Below the pieces are notes generated by a model, which was not told the origin of the DNA, did not search any database, and saw only the letters and a list, made by a program, of their open reading frames with translations. Both the position numbers and the translations under genes were made by a program. From the IMG/VR virus record IMGVR_UViG_3300037067_007801, positions 23,604 through 87,603 of that record: a stretch of DNA of 64,000 nt, one strand, 5' to 3'. Positions 55,791 through 64,000 of the stretch are shown here, piece by piece (position 1 is the first letter of the stretch; each line of letters opens with the position of its first letter). Source of the DNA: a virus (taxonomy: Duplodnaviria > Caudoviricetes).

Positions 55791-56690
55791 ATGACCGAAG
55801 ACAACAGCAAGTTTTTTCCCGATGCCATCTCCGGGACTGAGGCCGTCGTTGCCTGTCTTGGCGAGCACTACGGCCGCACGCGCTACAGCGTGTGGAAGTC
55901 GAAGATGGAGAAGAAGGGCGCGGTCGTACCCATCAACGGCGACATGCGCCGCGGTCTCACGCTTGAGCCGATGGTGCGCGACATGTACCGTGGCTTGCAT
56001 CCGAACCTGACCGTGACCGGCGAGGCTCTGATACGACACCCGTCCGAACCGTTGGCTGGCCATGCTGACGGTCTTGTTGACGACGACGGCGTGCTCGAGA
56101 TCAAGTGCCCGCGTGCCGGTCGTTCTCGCAAGCTGCTCGAGACGGGAGAACTGCCCGAGGCGTGGGTCATCCAGGTGACTCATTATTTGCGGATCACTGC
56201 CCGTCAGTGGGCAGACGTCGCGGTGTTCGATGGCGACAACTGGGAGCCGGTGATCGCCCGAGTCGAGTACAACCCGGAACTCGGAACGGTCATCGCGGAA
56301 GCCTGCCTCAAGCTGTGGGATTGCGTGTTGACGCGCACTCCGCCGGACGGGTACGGGATTGTGGCACCCAGTGGAAGGAATGTGGAGATCGAGGTCGTCG
56401 ACAACCCGGCACTCATCGCTGCGGTGAACGAATACCGCGTGGCGTCCGAGATGATCAAGACTCTCGAAGAAAAGAAGGAAGACGCGAGGAGAAACGCGCT
56501 GGCCATCATGGACGAACGTGTGGTCGCGAAGTTGCCGGACAACACGCGCGTCTCGGCTGGCTGGACAGAAGGAAGAGAGACGATCGATGGCCGTGCAATC
56601 CTGCGCGACCATCCTGAAATCGACGCAGAGAAGTACACGAAGAGAAGTGAGCCGACCCGCGGAATGCGGATAACAGGAGGGACGAAGTGA
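55791..56690 (+). CDS. YqaJ-like (lambda exonuclease family) recombination nuclease
   Basis: SGTEA...MRRGLTLEP...LAGHADG...VLEIKCP...QVTHYL. Confidence 0.92.
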   Translation: MTEDNSKFFPDAISGTEAVVACLGEHYGRTRYSVWKSKMEKKGAVVPINGDMRRGLTLEPMVRDMYRGLHPNLTVTGEALIRHPSEPLAGHADGLVDDDGVLEIKCPRAGRSRKLLETGELPEAWVIQVTHYLRITARQWADVAVFDGDNWEPVIARVEYNPELGTVIAEACLKLWDCVLTRTPPDGYGIVAPSGRNVEIEVVDNPALIAAVNEYRVASEMIKTLEEKKEDARRNALAIMDERVVAKLPDNTRVSAGWTEGRETIDGRAILRDHPEIDAEKYTKRSEPTRGMRITGGTK

Positions 56691-57997
56691 CGACGAACGC
56701 TATCGAGAAGGCCACCGAACAAGGCATCGAAGCCATCGACGCGCCGACGGTTCGCAAGTTCATCTGCGCGAACGCGTCCGACACGGAGATTGGCTTGTTT
56801 CTCCAGATCGCGAAGGCGTACGACCTAAACCCGTTCAAGCGGGAGATCTACCTCGTCAAGTACGGCAGCTACCCGGCGGCGACGATCGTCGGGTACGAGA
56901 CCTACCTGAAGCGAGCCGAGCGCACGGGCAAGCTCGACGGTTGGGACATCGAGATCGATGGTGACCCACCGGAAGCGAGCGCGACGATCACGATCTACCG
57001 CAAGGACCGCGGCCGACCCATCAAGTGGACGGCCTACTTCGAGGACGCGGTCAAGTTGACCCGGGACGGCGCCGTCACCGAGATGTGGCGGAAGTGGAAG
57101 TTCATGCTCCGCAAGGTCGCCATCGCCCAGGGGATGCGGCTGGCCTTCCCCGACGAGCTCGGCGGGTTGCCGTACACCGAGGATGAGCTGGACGCGAACG
57201 CCCAGGTGACAACGGCGGTGGTCGTCGAGACGGGCACGCTGACCGAGAAGATCAAGGCCGCGTCGACCGTCGTAGAGCAGAAGAAAGAGCCCAAGGCGAC
57301 CGACCTGTGCACGCCCGATGACCGGCGTCGGCTGTTCTCTGCCTGCAAGGCCGCTGGCTACTCGGAGGAAGATGTTCGAGACGCCACGGTCAAAATCCTC
57401 AATGACCCGAACGGTTCGACGAAGAGCCTGACCGTCGCCCAGGTCAACCAGCTCTGCGCGGCGGCCGAGGCGAAGACGCTGCTGCCACCCACGGCGCCCG
57501 CTGACGGCTCCGACGAGGCTCATGGCACGGATACGCCACCTGACGCCGAACCCGAGCCCACGGGGCAGCAGGACGACGACATCCCATTCGGCGACCCGAA
57601 CGGCCCGACGGCCGACGTCATGAAGCAGGCTGGAGAGTTCATCGAGAAGGTTCGCAAGCCGACCTCGAAGAAGCAGGATTCGGCACCCGTCTCCGCCAAG
57701 GCCGCTCTGGGGCGCTACGTGGCTCGGGCGCGGGCTGACGCTGGCGTGGCTCCTGCCATCCTGGCCAAGGCACTCAGCGTGACACCGGCCGTCCTGAGCG
57801 GCCTCGAGCAGGGCCAGGTGGCGTTCACGAAAGAGCAGGCGCTCGCCGCGGCGAAGTGCTTGGACCTGCATCCCGACGACATCCTGGCGATCGGTGGGTT
57901 CGCTGTCGAATCCGACAATAAGCCGGACAATCAGCCGGGCAAATCGCACGAGTCGAACGGCAAAGATTCTCAACGGGGGCTGTCGTTTAAGAGGTGA
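56687..57997 (+). CDS. bet: phage recombination protein Bet (single-strand annealing) with C-terminal XRE-like HTH
   Basis: EIGLFLQIAKAYDLNPFKREIYLVKY...IVGYETYLKRAER...MLRKVAIAQGMRLAFP. Confidence 0.92.
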   Translation: MTTNAIEKATEQGIEAIDAPTVRKFICANASDTEIGLFLQIAKAYDLNPFKREIYLVKYGSYPAATIVGYETYLKRAERTGKLDGWDIEIDGDPPEASATITIYRKDRGRPIKWTAYFEDAVKLTRDGAVTEMWRKWKFMLRKVAIAQGMRLAFPDELGGLPYTEDELDANAQVTTAVVVETGTLTEKIKAASTVVEQKKEPKATDLCTPDDRRRLFSACKAAGYSEEDVRDATVKILNDPNGSTKSLTVAQVNQLCAAAEAKTLLPPTAPADGSDEAHGTDTPPDAEPEPTGQQDDDIPFGDPNGPTADVMKQAGEFIEKVRKPTSKKQDSAPVSAKAALGRYVARARADAGVAPAILAKALSVTPAVLSGLEQGQVAFTKEQALAAAKCLDLHPDDILAIGGFAVESDNKPDNQPGKSHESNGKDSQRGLSFKR

Positions 57998-58019
57998 TTC
58001 ATAAACCAGATTGGAGGGA

Positions 58020-58466
58020 ATGATGCACGCTGGAGCGATTGATAATCCGAAGTCGGCGGCTGGGCGCGTCTACAAGATTCTGTTAGAGGACGTCGGCTGC
58101 TGGTTCTCTGGTTGGGACCTGACGGTGCAGGCTCGTGTCACCGCGGTCGGCACCCGGGTGAGTGAAGTTCGACACCAGTTGCCGGCGGGGCAGTGGATTG
58201 AGCACAGAGACACGTTCGGTGAGCAGCGAGGGAGCTGGTACCGGTTGGTTGTCGACGTCGAGCCGTTAGAGTCAGACTTCCCGGCCGGCCGTGACGTGAA
58301 GAACTGTCCGTGTACCCTCGTGGCGATCGAGGAGCCCGGCGCCCCACTCGTTTTCACAGAGGCCGGCGAGGCGCTTCGTGAACGGGCGCGGCTGCTTGCC
58401 GACCGTGGTACTGGACAACTCGGGACGGTCGCGCCGCAGATGAAGTTGGACATCCAAGGGACTTGA
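58020..58466 (+). CDS. hypothetical protein (wHTH-like)
   Basis: GGAGG RBS; AVGTRVSEVRHQL..G..IE...WYRL. Confidence 0.65.
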   Translation: MMHAGAIDNPKSAAGRVYKILLEDVGCWFSGWDLTVQARVTAVGTRVSEVRHQLPAGQWIEHRDTFGEQRGSWYRLVVDVEPLESDFPAGRDVKNCPCTLVAIEEPGAPLVFTEAGEALRERARLLADRGTGQLGTVAPQMKLDIQGT

Positions 58467-58491
58467 CTTTTCGCGGTGACTTCGATAGGGT
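58463..58491 (+). promoter_or_regulatory. putative promoter of replication operon
   Basis: TTGACT-17bp-TAGGGT in intergenic gap. Confidence 0.45.
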
Positions 58492-58619
58492 AGAAATTGC
58501 GATGCTCGAAAATGTGATTCACCTTTTGAACTCGGGGTACGTGTGTGCAAGGCCCTTCCTAGCCGAGCATCGCAGCATACGTGCCTCGAATTCAGGAGGT
58601 GAACCATTTGGAAGGTGCC

Positions 58620-59030
58620 GATATGTCCGAGTCTCAATCTGAAATCCAAGCACAACTCGAGGCGGCAAACGCGCGACTAATGGAGCGGCGTCGGGAGATC
58701 GCGCAGATGGAGAGAAGTGCGCGGAGAATAGAAATTGAACGCTACCTCACCGAAGAGGGACACTCATATACACAAGCGGACATCAACAGAATTTTAGAAA
58801 ACGAAGGGCCAAAAAGCGTTAGTGACATCGGGGCGGCCGTGCTCGCCGATATGGCACGGGGAGTGGGCTCCGATGCTTTCTTTCGAACATCTTGCAGATG
58901 TCCCCGCTGTGTTTTTAACACGCTCACTAAACTCACCGATCTCACTGTGAGAGACGGTTGCCCTCCAACCGCGGACGAGCTGGATGCACCAAACGAGACC
59001 TTCTACACGCCGGAAGATGAGGCGCTTTGA
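58620..59030 (+). CDS. hypothetical protein
   Basis: ORF in frame with 58581..59030; GGAAGG upstream of ATG. Confidence 0.6.
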   Translation, partial: DMSESQSEIQAQLEAANARLMERRREIAQMERSARRIEIERYLTEEGHSYTQADINRILENEGPKSVSDIGAAVLADMARGVGSDAFFRTSCRCPRCVFNTLTKLTDLTVRDGCPPTADELDAPNETFYTPEDEAL

Positions 59031-60289
59031 TGGCAGGTAGAATCAGAACGATAAAACCCGAGTGGCTTGAGGATGAAAAACTGCTCGCGTGCAGCGAGAG
59101 GGCACGCCTGCTCTCGGTTGCTTTGATCCTCATGGCAGACGATTACGGAAACGGACGAGCAAACCCGCTGTTTGTCCGCGCCCAGGCGGGTCTTTACTTG
59201 GCGACTGTTGATGAGATAGGGACAGCCATGTCCGAGTTGGAGAGCGCGCACTTCATCATCAGGTACGAGAATGAGGAACAGAGGTATTACTCTATCCGCA
59301 ACTGGGGGAAACACCAACGAGTAGACAAGCCAGGGAAACCCAGGGTTCCTGGACCCGGCGACGGCCAAACCACCTTGGTCAAGGGAGCCCTGAAATCCGC
59401 ATACTTTATCCGCGGAAAGGTCACAGGGCTGATCAAGATTGGTGAGTCCATCGACCCGATTTCGAGGTTAGCCGACCTGGCGGCGTGTGGCTCAGAGGAA
59501 CTCGAACTTCTCGCTATAGGCGGCGTAGAGTCGGACCTTCACGCGGAGTTCTCAGGGTTCAGGGTTCATGGTGAATGGTTCGAGCCGTGCCAGGAAATCC
59601 TCGCGAGGATTCGTGAGCTTTCTCCGAGATATCCTGTACCGCTCGCATGTGCTGGATATGAATCAGGAAAGCGCACACTTGATAATGTTCCCGGGAACAT
59701 TGATAATATTACCGGGAATCCCGGGAATATTCCTGGGATTCCCGGTACTGACCTCCGACCTCCGACCACGACCACGATCCCGATGGGAGGCACGGAGGTG
59801 TCAGGTCGCGAAGAACGCGACCCGACCGGCGACCTCTCTCTTGGCTTCTCAGAACCGGACAGGACACCCGACCAAGATGCCGGACACCAACTACCGCCGG
59901 ACGCCTCACCCGGGCTGCTCGCCATCGTGGAAGCCATGCAGCGAGTTGAGTTCGACGTACCAGGGAGGGGACCGGAGACAATCTGGAAGAACGCGAAACG
60001 TCCTGCCCAACTGGCTGCGAACCTCGAGAAGTCATGTCCCGCTGTCGACGTCCCGGCCCTCATCGGAAAACTCGCCGGGTGGACCGTCGCCAACCCGGGC
60101 CGTGCGAAACGCGATCTCGGGAAGTTCCTGTGGAACGCGGCCACACGCGAGCAAGACAACCCGCGGCCGGCTGGTCAGTTTCAGCAGCAATGGAGGGGAG
60201 GGCACAACGAAGTTGAACAGCCTCCACGCAAGATTGTCGACCTCACGGAAGTCGTCGCGAAGATGGCTGATAGGTTGGGACGCGAATGA
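59030..60289 (+). CDS. phage replication initiator with inserted T5orf172/GIY-YIG-like domain
   Basis: MAGRIRTIKPEW...LILMADDYG...YYSIRNWGKHQRVDKP; insert AYFIRG...LIKIGES..RL...HGEWFEP. Confidence 0.85.
   Translation: MAGRIRTIKPEWLEDEKLLACSERARLLSVALILMADDYGNGRANPLFVRAQAGLYLATVDEIGTAMSELESAHFIIRYENEEQRYYSIRNWGKHQRVDKPGKPRVPGPGDGQTTLVKGALKSAYFIRGKVTGLIKIGESIDPISRLADLAACGSEELELLAIGGVESDLHAEFSGFRVHGEWFEPCQEILARIRELSPRYPVPLACAGYESGKRTLDNVPGNIDNITGNPGNIPGIPGTDLRPPTTTTIPMGGTEVSGREERDPTGDLSLGFSEPDRTPDQDAGHQLPPDASPGLLAIVEAMQRVEFDVPGRGPETIWKNAKRPAQLAANLEKSCPAVDVPALIGKLAGWTVANPGRAKRDLGKFLWNAATREQDNPRPAGQFQQQWRGGHNEVEQPPRKIVDLTEVVAKMADRLGRE
59685..59746. repeat. palindromic CCGGGAA repeats, putative replication origin
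   Basis: Perfect palindrome ATGTTCCCGGGAACAT (59685-59700) and near-perfect 36-bp palindrome 59711-59746 inside initiator gene. Confidence 0.6.
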
Positions 60290-61728
60290 GTGAGCAGAAT
60301 ACACCGCGCCTCACCGAAGGGCGCGTGCCTCCTTATAGCAAGGAAGCCGAAGGTGCCGTGCTTGGTGCCATCCTGCTGAACAACGAAGCGATGAGCATCG
60401 TTCAAACGATATTGAGCAGCGAGTCGTTCTACATCGAGGCGCATCGTCGCATTTATGCCGCCATGCTTCGATGTGAGGCGGAAGGGTTTAGGGTTGATCA
60501 TGTCACGCTCGGCAACCAACTCATTAAGAATGGCGAGGTTGAAAAAATTGGTGGGTTGGTTGTTCTCGATGACCTCACCGAGAGGTGTGCCACCGTCGCC
60601 AATGTAGAACACTACGCGCGAATCGTTGCCGACAAGGAGACGGTGCGCCGGATGATCTACGCGGCACAGCAGGTAGTTGCCGAAGGGTTTGGCGATCATG
60701 ATGAGGCCGCGACTTATATTACAAATTCGCAAGCCCGAGTTGCGGCTGTTGAGATGCGGCATGCGGTGAAGCCGGAGACGCTACGGGCCGATCTCCATCA
60801 AGCACTTACAGAGATTGAACTAGGAAAGAGACCCGAGGGTGTCATTCCAACCGGGATAGAGGGGATAGACAACGCCCTCGGTGGACTATGGCCCGGCATC
60901 ATGACGATTCTCGCGGCGAGACCCGCCATGGGGAAGTCGTGTCTTGGAGAGAACATCGCCGTGAATGCTGCGATGTTGGGCCATCGGGTGTTGAGGCTCG
61001 ACCTTGAATCGACGCGACAGATTGCAGCGCGGCGTTTGATGGCGCGGTTTGCCGAGGTTGACCTGTTGGACCTCACTCTCAACCGTTCCACACTGGAAGA
61101 ACGTTCACGAATACTTGATGCGTGTTCAAAACTCTCGCGCCTCACTACGTTGTGGGTGAAGGATATGCCGCATCGCACGACAGAGGACATTCGTTCGGCC
61201 GTGATGACGCATAAGAATCAGAACGGGCTTGACCTGCTGGTTATCGACCACCTTCGAAAGATTCAAGGGAAAGGGAAATCGCCAACTGAGATTACGAGCG
61301 ACGCGAGCGATGCCATGTCGCGACTTGCCCAGGAGTTGAACGTCCCGCTGTTGATGCTGGCACAACTCAGCCGGGCGAATGAGGGACGACCAGACAAGCG
61401 TCCAGTGCTTTCAGATCTTCGACAGTCTGGCACCATCGAAGAGGACGCGCGCACCGTCATCTTCCTGTACCGCCCAGGCTACTACAGTCAAAAGGCTGAC
61501 ACCGATCGGCGCTGCGAAGCGATTGTCGCAAAGGCGTCAAATGGAAAGATAGGAACAATCCCGTTGTGGTTTCGTGGTGAGTATCAACAGTTTCGTTCAT
61601 GGGATGCGAGTGAAGACGGCGCGTTTTGGGATTCGAACGAGAAGCCGAAAGAGAAGGAGAGCGCACAAAGAGAAACTGGTTTCTTCGAAAAGAAGCGTTT
61701 CGCATCGGGAGATAAGGAGTGGGAATAA
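60286..61728 (+). CDS. dnaB: replicative DNA helicase DnaB
   Basis: PPYSKEAEGAVLGAILL, AARPAMGKS, IDHL, LAQLSR...RPVLSDLRQSGTIEEDA. Confidence 0.97.
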   Translation: MSEQNTPRLTEGRVPPYSKEAEGAVLGAILLNNEAMSIVQTILSSESFYIEAHRRIYAAMLRCEAEGFRVDHVTLGNQLIKNGEVEKIGGLVVLDDLTERCATVANVEHYARIVADKETVRRMIYAAQQVVAEGFGDHDEAATYITNSQARVAAVEMRHAVKPETLRADLHQALTEIELGKRPEGVIPTGIEGIDNALGGLWPGIMTILAARPAMGKSCLGENIAVNAAMLGHRVLRLDLESTRQIAARRLMARFAEVDLLDLTLNRSTLEERSRILDACSKLSRLTTLWVKDMPHRTTEDIRSAVMTHKNQNGLDLLVIDHLRKIQGKGKSPTEITSDASDAMSRLAQELNVPLLMLAQLSRANEGRPDKRPVLSDLRQSGTIEEDARTVIFLYRPGYYSQKADTDRRCEAIVAKASNGKIGTIPLWFRGEYQQFRSWDASEDGAFWDSNEKPKEKESAQRETGFFEKKRFASGDKEWE

Positions 61729-61976
61729 TGGCTTTCAAACTCGCAGACAGAGAAGTGGTTCTCGCAACGCACGCGGAGCATGCTACCGGCCCAGGTTGGA
61801 CGAACGACTGGCTCAACGTGCTTGTGTTCAACGCGGACGGTCAGAAAATTCGAGAGATTGGTCTCCAGTGGTTTGAGATGACCGACGAGATACGACACCT
61901 GTTCAAAGTGTGCGCGGCGGCGAACAAAGAGATGCTCGGTGCGGTGCTGCGATTAGCGAATAAGGATGGAAAGTAG
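61728..61976 (+). CDS. hypothetical protein
   Basis: MAFKLADREVVLAT.AEHATGPGWTN; TAATG overlap. Confidence 0.65.
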   Translation: MAFKLADREVVLATHAEHATGPGWTNDWLNVLVFNADGQKIREIGLQWFEMTDEIRHLFKVCAAANKEMLGAVLRLANKDGK

Positions 61977-62035
61977 GTGCCAGCGAAAGGCGAATTCTCG
62001 CGAGGCGTGGTAGGGTGGCCGCAAGGAGGTGCGAT

Positions 62036-62938
62036 ATGAAACGATGCACCACAGCGGCGAGCCTAGTTGCGGCAAGCCTGATTGCGGCGGCGCTTGCGTT
62101 CATCCTGGCGGCATCCACATCGGTTGAGATGAGCCCGCCGCCCGAGAGCCAGGTCGTGGAAGTCAGGTCGTCCGAATCGTTCGAGGACGTCGGTGAATTG
62201 TTCGGCGTTGATCCGTACTCAACGACAGAGATGGAGGAGGAGAAGCCGGCGGCGTTGACAGCAGAGCAGGTTGAGAGGGTTCGGCTCATCGGACGAATCG
62301 CGGAAGGCGTGCGGAAGGTCGGCAAGTGGAAGGGCGGCGGTCGTTGGTGGGAGTGCGGGACGACGTACACCGAGGAGGAGGAAGTCGGCGCGGCAATCGA
62401 GTGGGCTCACCGTATCGTCTGGCTGGCGTCGGAGTACTCTGACCGTGGCAGCGTGAACGGCATCCAGTTGAACCCGTGGGAGATAGCCGGGGTTGCTGCG
62501 AACGAGTGCGGGTTCGACAGGTGTGCGCTCGGGAAGTATCCGCGCAAGTGGGGGTATCAGCACGGGACGTTGAAGCGTAGTCGACTCTGCATCTCTCACA
62601 CCTACGCGGACATCGCGAAGACGCTGAACGACCCACGAGGTGCTGTTCAGTTCAACACCTCTGGGCTCGATGGAGCTCCGCTTCATGTCCTTTGGCGCTG
62701 CGACAAGGGCATGTGCCGACCGAAGTTCAACAAGGAGGGGTTGCCGCCGATACCGATGGCCGAGGTGTTCTCGCTTGGGATGGGCTTCGAGTACAACGTG
62801 CGCGAGTTCAAGAAGAGAGCGATCGACAACCGGACCAGCACACCGAGTCTGTACTGGAAGGGCTATCGGTGCGAGTGGTACCGCGCGAAGATCGTGAACT
62901 GGCAGAAGCGCCTAGGCGCGAAGACGAGCGAGATATGA
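62036..62938 (+). CDS. secreted/signal-anchored protein, possible lytic transglycosylase
   Basis: N-terminal Ala-rich hydrophobic segment; IAGVAANECGFD resembles SLT catalytic Glu motif; AGGAGG RBS. Confidence 0.5.
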   Translation: MKRCTTAASLVAASLIAAALAFILAASTSVEMSPPPESQVVEVRSSESFEDVGELFGVDPYSTTEMEEEKPAALTAEQVERVRLIGRIAEGVRKVGKWKGGGRWWECGTTYTEEEEVGAAIEWAHRIVWLASEYSDRGSVNGIQLNPWEIAGVAANECGFDRCALGKYPRKWGYQHGTLKRSRLCISHTYADIAKTLNDPRGAVQFNTSGLDGAPLHVLWRCDKGMCRPKFNKEGLPPIPMAEVFSLGMGFEYNVREFKKRAIDNRTSTPSLYWKGYRCEWYRAKIVNWQKRLGAKTSEI

Positions 62939-62939
62939 C

Positions 62940-63173
62940 ATGGGCGACAAAGTTTCATTTGTGGCCGTCGTCATCATGCTCTGGACGCTCGGGATCATCA
63001 TGTTGGTGGCCGCTGTTGTAGAGTTCGCCATTTGGGTTAGATACGGATGGCACACGTCGGCCGGATGGACAAGGTCAGTGCGCGCATCTCCGATCGTCGC
63101 GGCCGTTTGGTTCATTCTTGGAGCAGCCATCCTGTTGCTGTTGTACCTTGTCGCAACGGAGCAAGTGACGTGA
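62940..63173 (+). CDS. small two-TM membrane protein (holin-like)
   Basis: 77 aa, two hydrophobic helices. Confidence 0.6.
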   Translation: MGDKVSFVAVVIMLWTLGIIMLVAAVVEFAIWVRYGWHTSAGWTRSVRASPIVAAVWFILGAAILLLLYLVATEQVT

Positions 63174-63481
63174 TGCCAGTGCGTGACCGCGACTTTCTTT
63201 CCTGGGCGAAGCGGCAAGGCGGGAAGTGCTGTCTCTGCTGGCGGCTGACTGGCGACCGCGTTCCCGGTTGTGAGCTCCACCATCTAGGTGACCACGGACT
63301 CGGGCAGAAGGGCAGTGATCACGTCGTCGCTCGTGTCTGCCGAAAGTGTCACGACGGCGTGCAGGGGAAACGGCGGATCGCGTTCATGAGAGAGGGGCAG
63401 TTCGAGACATTGGCTGCGTTGCAAGAGGACGCGATCGAGTTGCTGTCTGGTTTCGTGGAGCATCTCACCTCGAAGGAGTAG
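63173..63481 (+). CDS. DUF968/NinG-like Zn-binding HNH-type protein
   Basis: FLSWAKRQ..CCLC...ELHH...GLGQKGSD...VCRKCHD. Confidence 0.75.
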   Translation: MPVRDRDFLSWAKRQGGKCCLCWRLTGDRVPGCELHHLGDHGLGQKGSDHVVARVCRKCHDGVQGKRRIAFMREGQFETLAALQEDAIELLSGFVEHLTSKE

Positions 63482-63526
63482 ACTTTGATGCTAGTTTTCA
63501 CGGCTACGGACTCCATATTTTACCCC

Positions 63527-63555
63527 TTGACAATGACAACCCAAGGGTTTATACA
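63527..63555 (+). promoter_or_regulatory. early-class promoter/operator (class E, copy 4)
   Basis: TTGACA-17bp-TATACA with ACAACC-CAAG-GGTTTA. Confidence 0.8.
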
Positions 63556-63588
63556 CTCTCTATGACATCAAAAAGCAAGGGGGATGAG

Positions 63589-64000
63589 ATGAAGAAAATC
63601 ACAGGCGACGTGACTTTCAATCCGAGCGACGATTACTCCGAAGTCGAGGAGATAACCGGCTCCCTCTATTGCCGCGGCGCGGACACGAAGGCGTCGTTCC
63701 CTCGGCTGAGCACGGTGGGCGGCTGGCTCGATTGCTACGGCGCGGACACTCGGGCGTCGTTCCCTCGGCTGAGCACGGTGGGCGGCTGGCTCTATTGCCG
63801 CGGCGCGGACACGAAGGCGTCGTTCCCTCGGCTGAGCACGGTGGGCGGCTGGCTCGATTGCCGCGGCGCGGACACGAAGGCGTCGTTCCCTCGGCTGAGC
63901 ACGGTGGGCGGCTGGCTCGATTGCCGCGGCGCGGACACGAAGGCGTCGTTCCCTCGGCTGAGCACGGTGGGCGGCTGGCTCGATTGCCGCGGCGCGGACA
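63589..64000 (+). CDS. 21-aa tandem-repeat (LRR/L-domain-like) protein, truncated by window edge
   Basis: MKKITGDV...then (GADTKASFPRLSTVGGWLDCR)n; absent from ORF track because no stop in window. Confidence 0.85.
   Translation, partial: MKKITGDVTFNPSDDYSEVEEITGSLYCRGADTKASFPRLSTVGGWLDCYGADTRASFPRLSTVGGWLYCRGADTKASFPRLSTVGGWLDCRGADTKASFPRLSTVGGWLDCRGADTKASFPRLSTVGGWLDCRGAD
63662..64000 (+). repeat. 63-bp near-perfect tandem repeat, at least 5 copies
   Basis: GGCGCGGACAC recurs at 63676, 63739, 63802, 63865, 63928, 63991. Confidence 0.97.

Overview
The window is most of a tailed-phage genome, with nearly all genes on the + strand. It has a Mu-like contractile-tail morphogenesis module (terminase 7.3 kb, portal-MuF fusion, protease, capsid, sheath/tube, tape measure, baseplate, fibres to ~49 kb). 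It also has a lambdoid-type recombination/replication module (SMC-like ATPase, YqaJ exonuclease, Bet, initiator, DnaB; 53-62 kb) and many small early ORFs (0-6 kb). No integrase, Mu transposase, tRNA, CRISPR array or reverse transcriptase was seen. The host is inferred to be Myxococcota/deltaproteobacterial (weak evidence). The standout is a cassette inserted in the baseplate operon at 33.3-35.2 kb. It consists of its own promoter, a 221-aa Cas7/RAMP-like gene, a ~685-bp non-coding array of GGY-NN pentamers cut into 12 units by 7-nt junctions, and a small basic accessory gene. This matches my recollection of recently reported phage VIPR RNA-guided systems. The phage also carries two catalytically intact-looking TnpB genes, two promoter classes (an operator-bearing early class and an AAGATTTCGACA late class), a correctly phased -1 tail-chaperone frameshift, an Arr-like ADP-ribosyltransferase, a GIY-YIG-like insert and palindromic putative origin in the initiator, and a 63-bp tandem-repeat gene at the right edge. 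All protein family calls come from motif recognition by eye; no database search was run.
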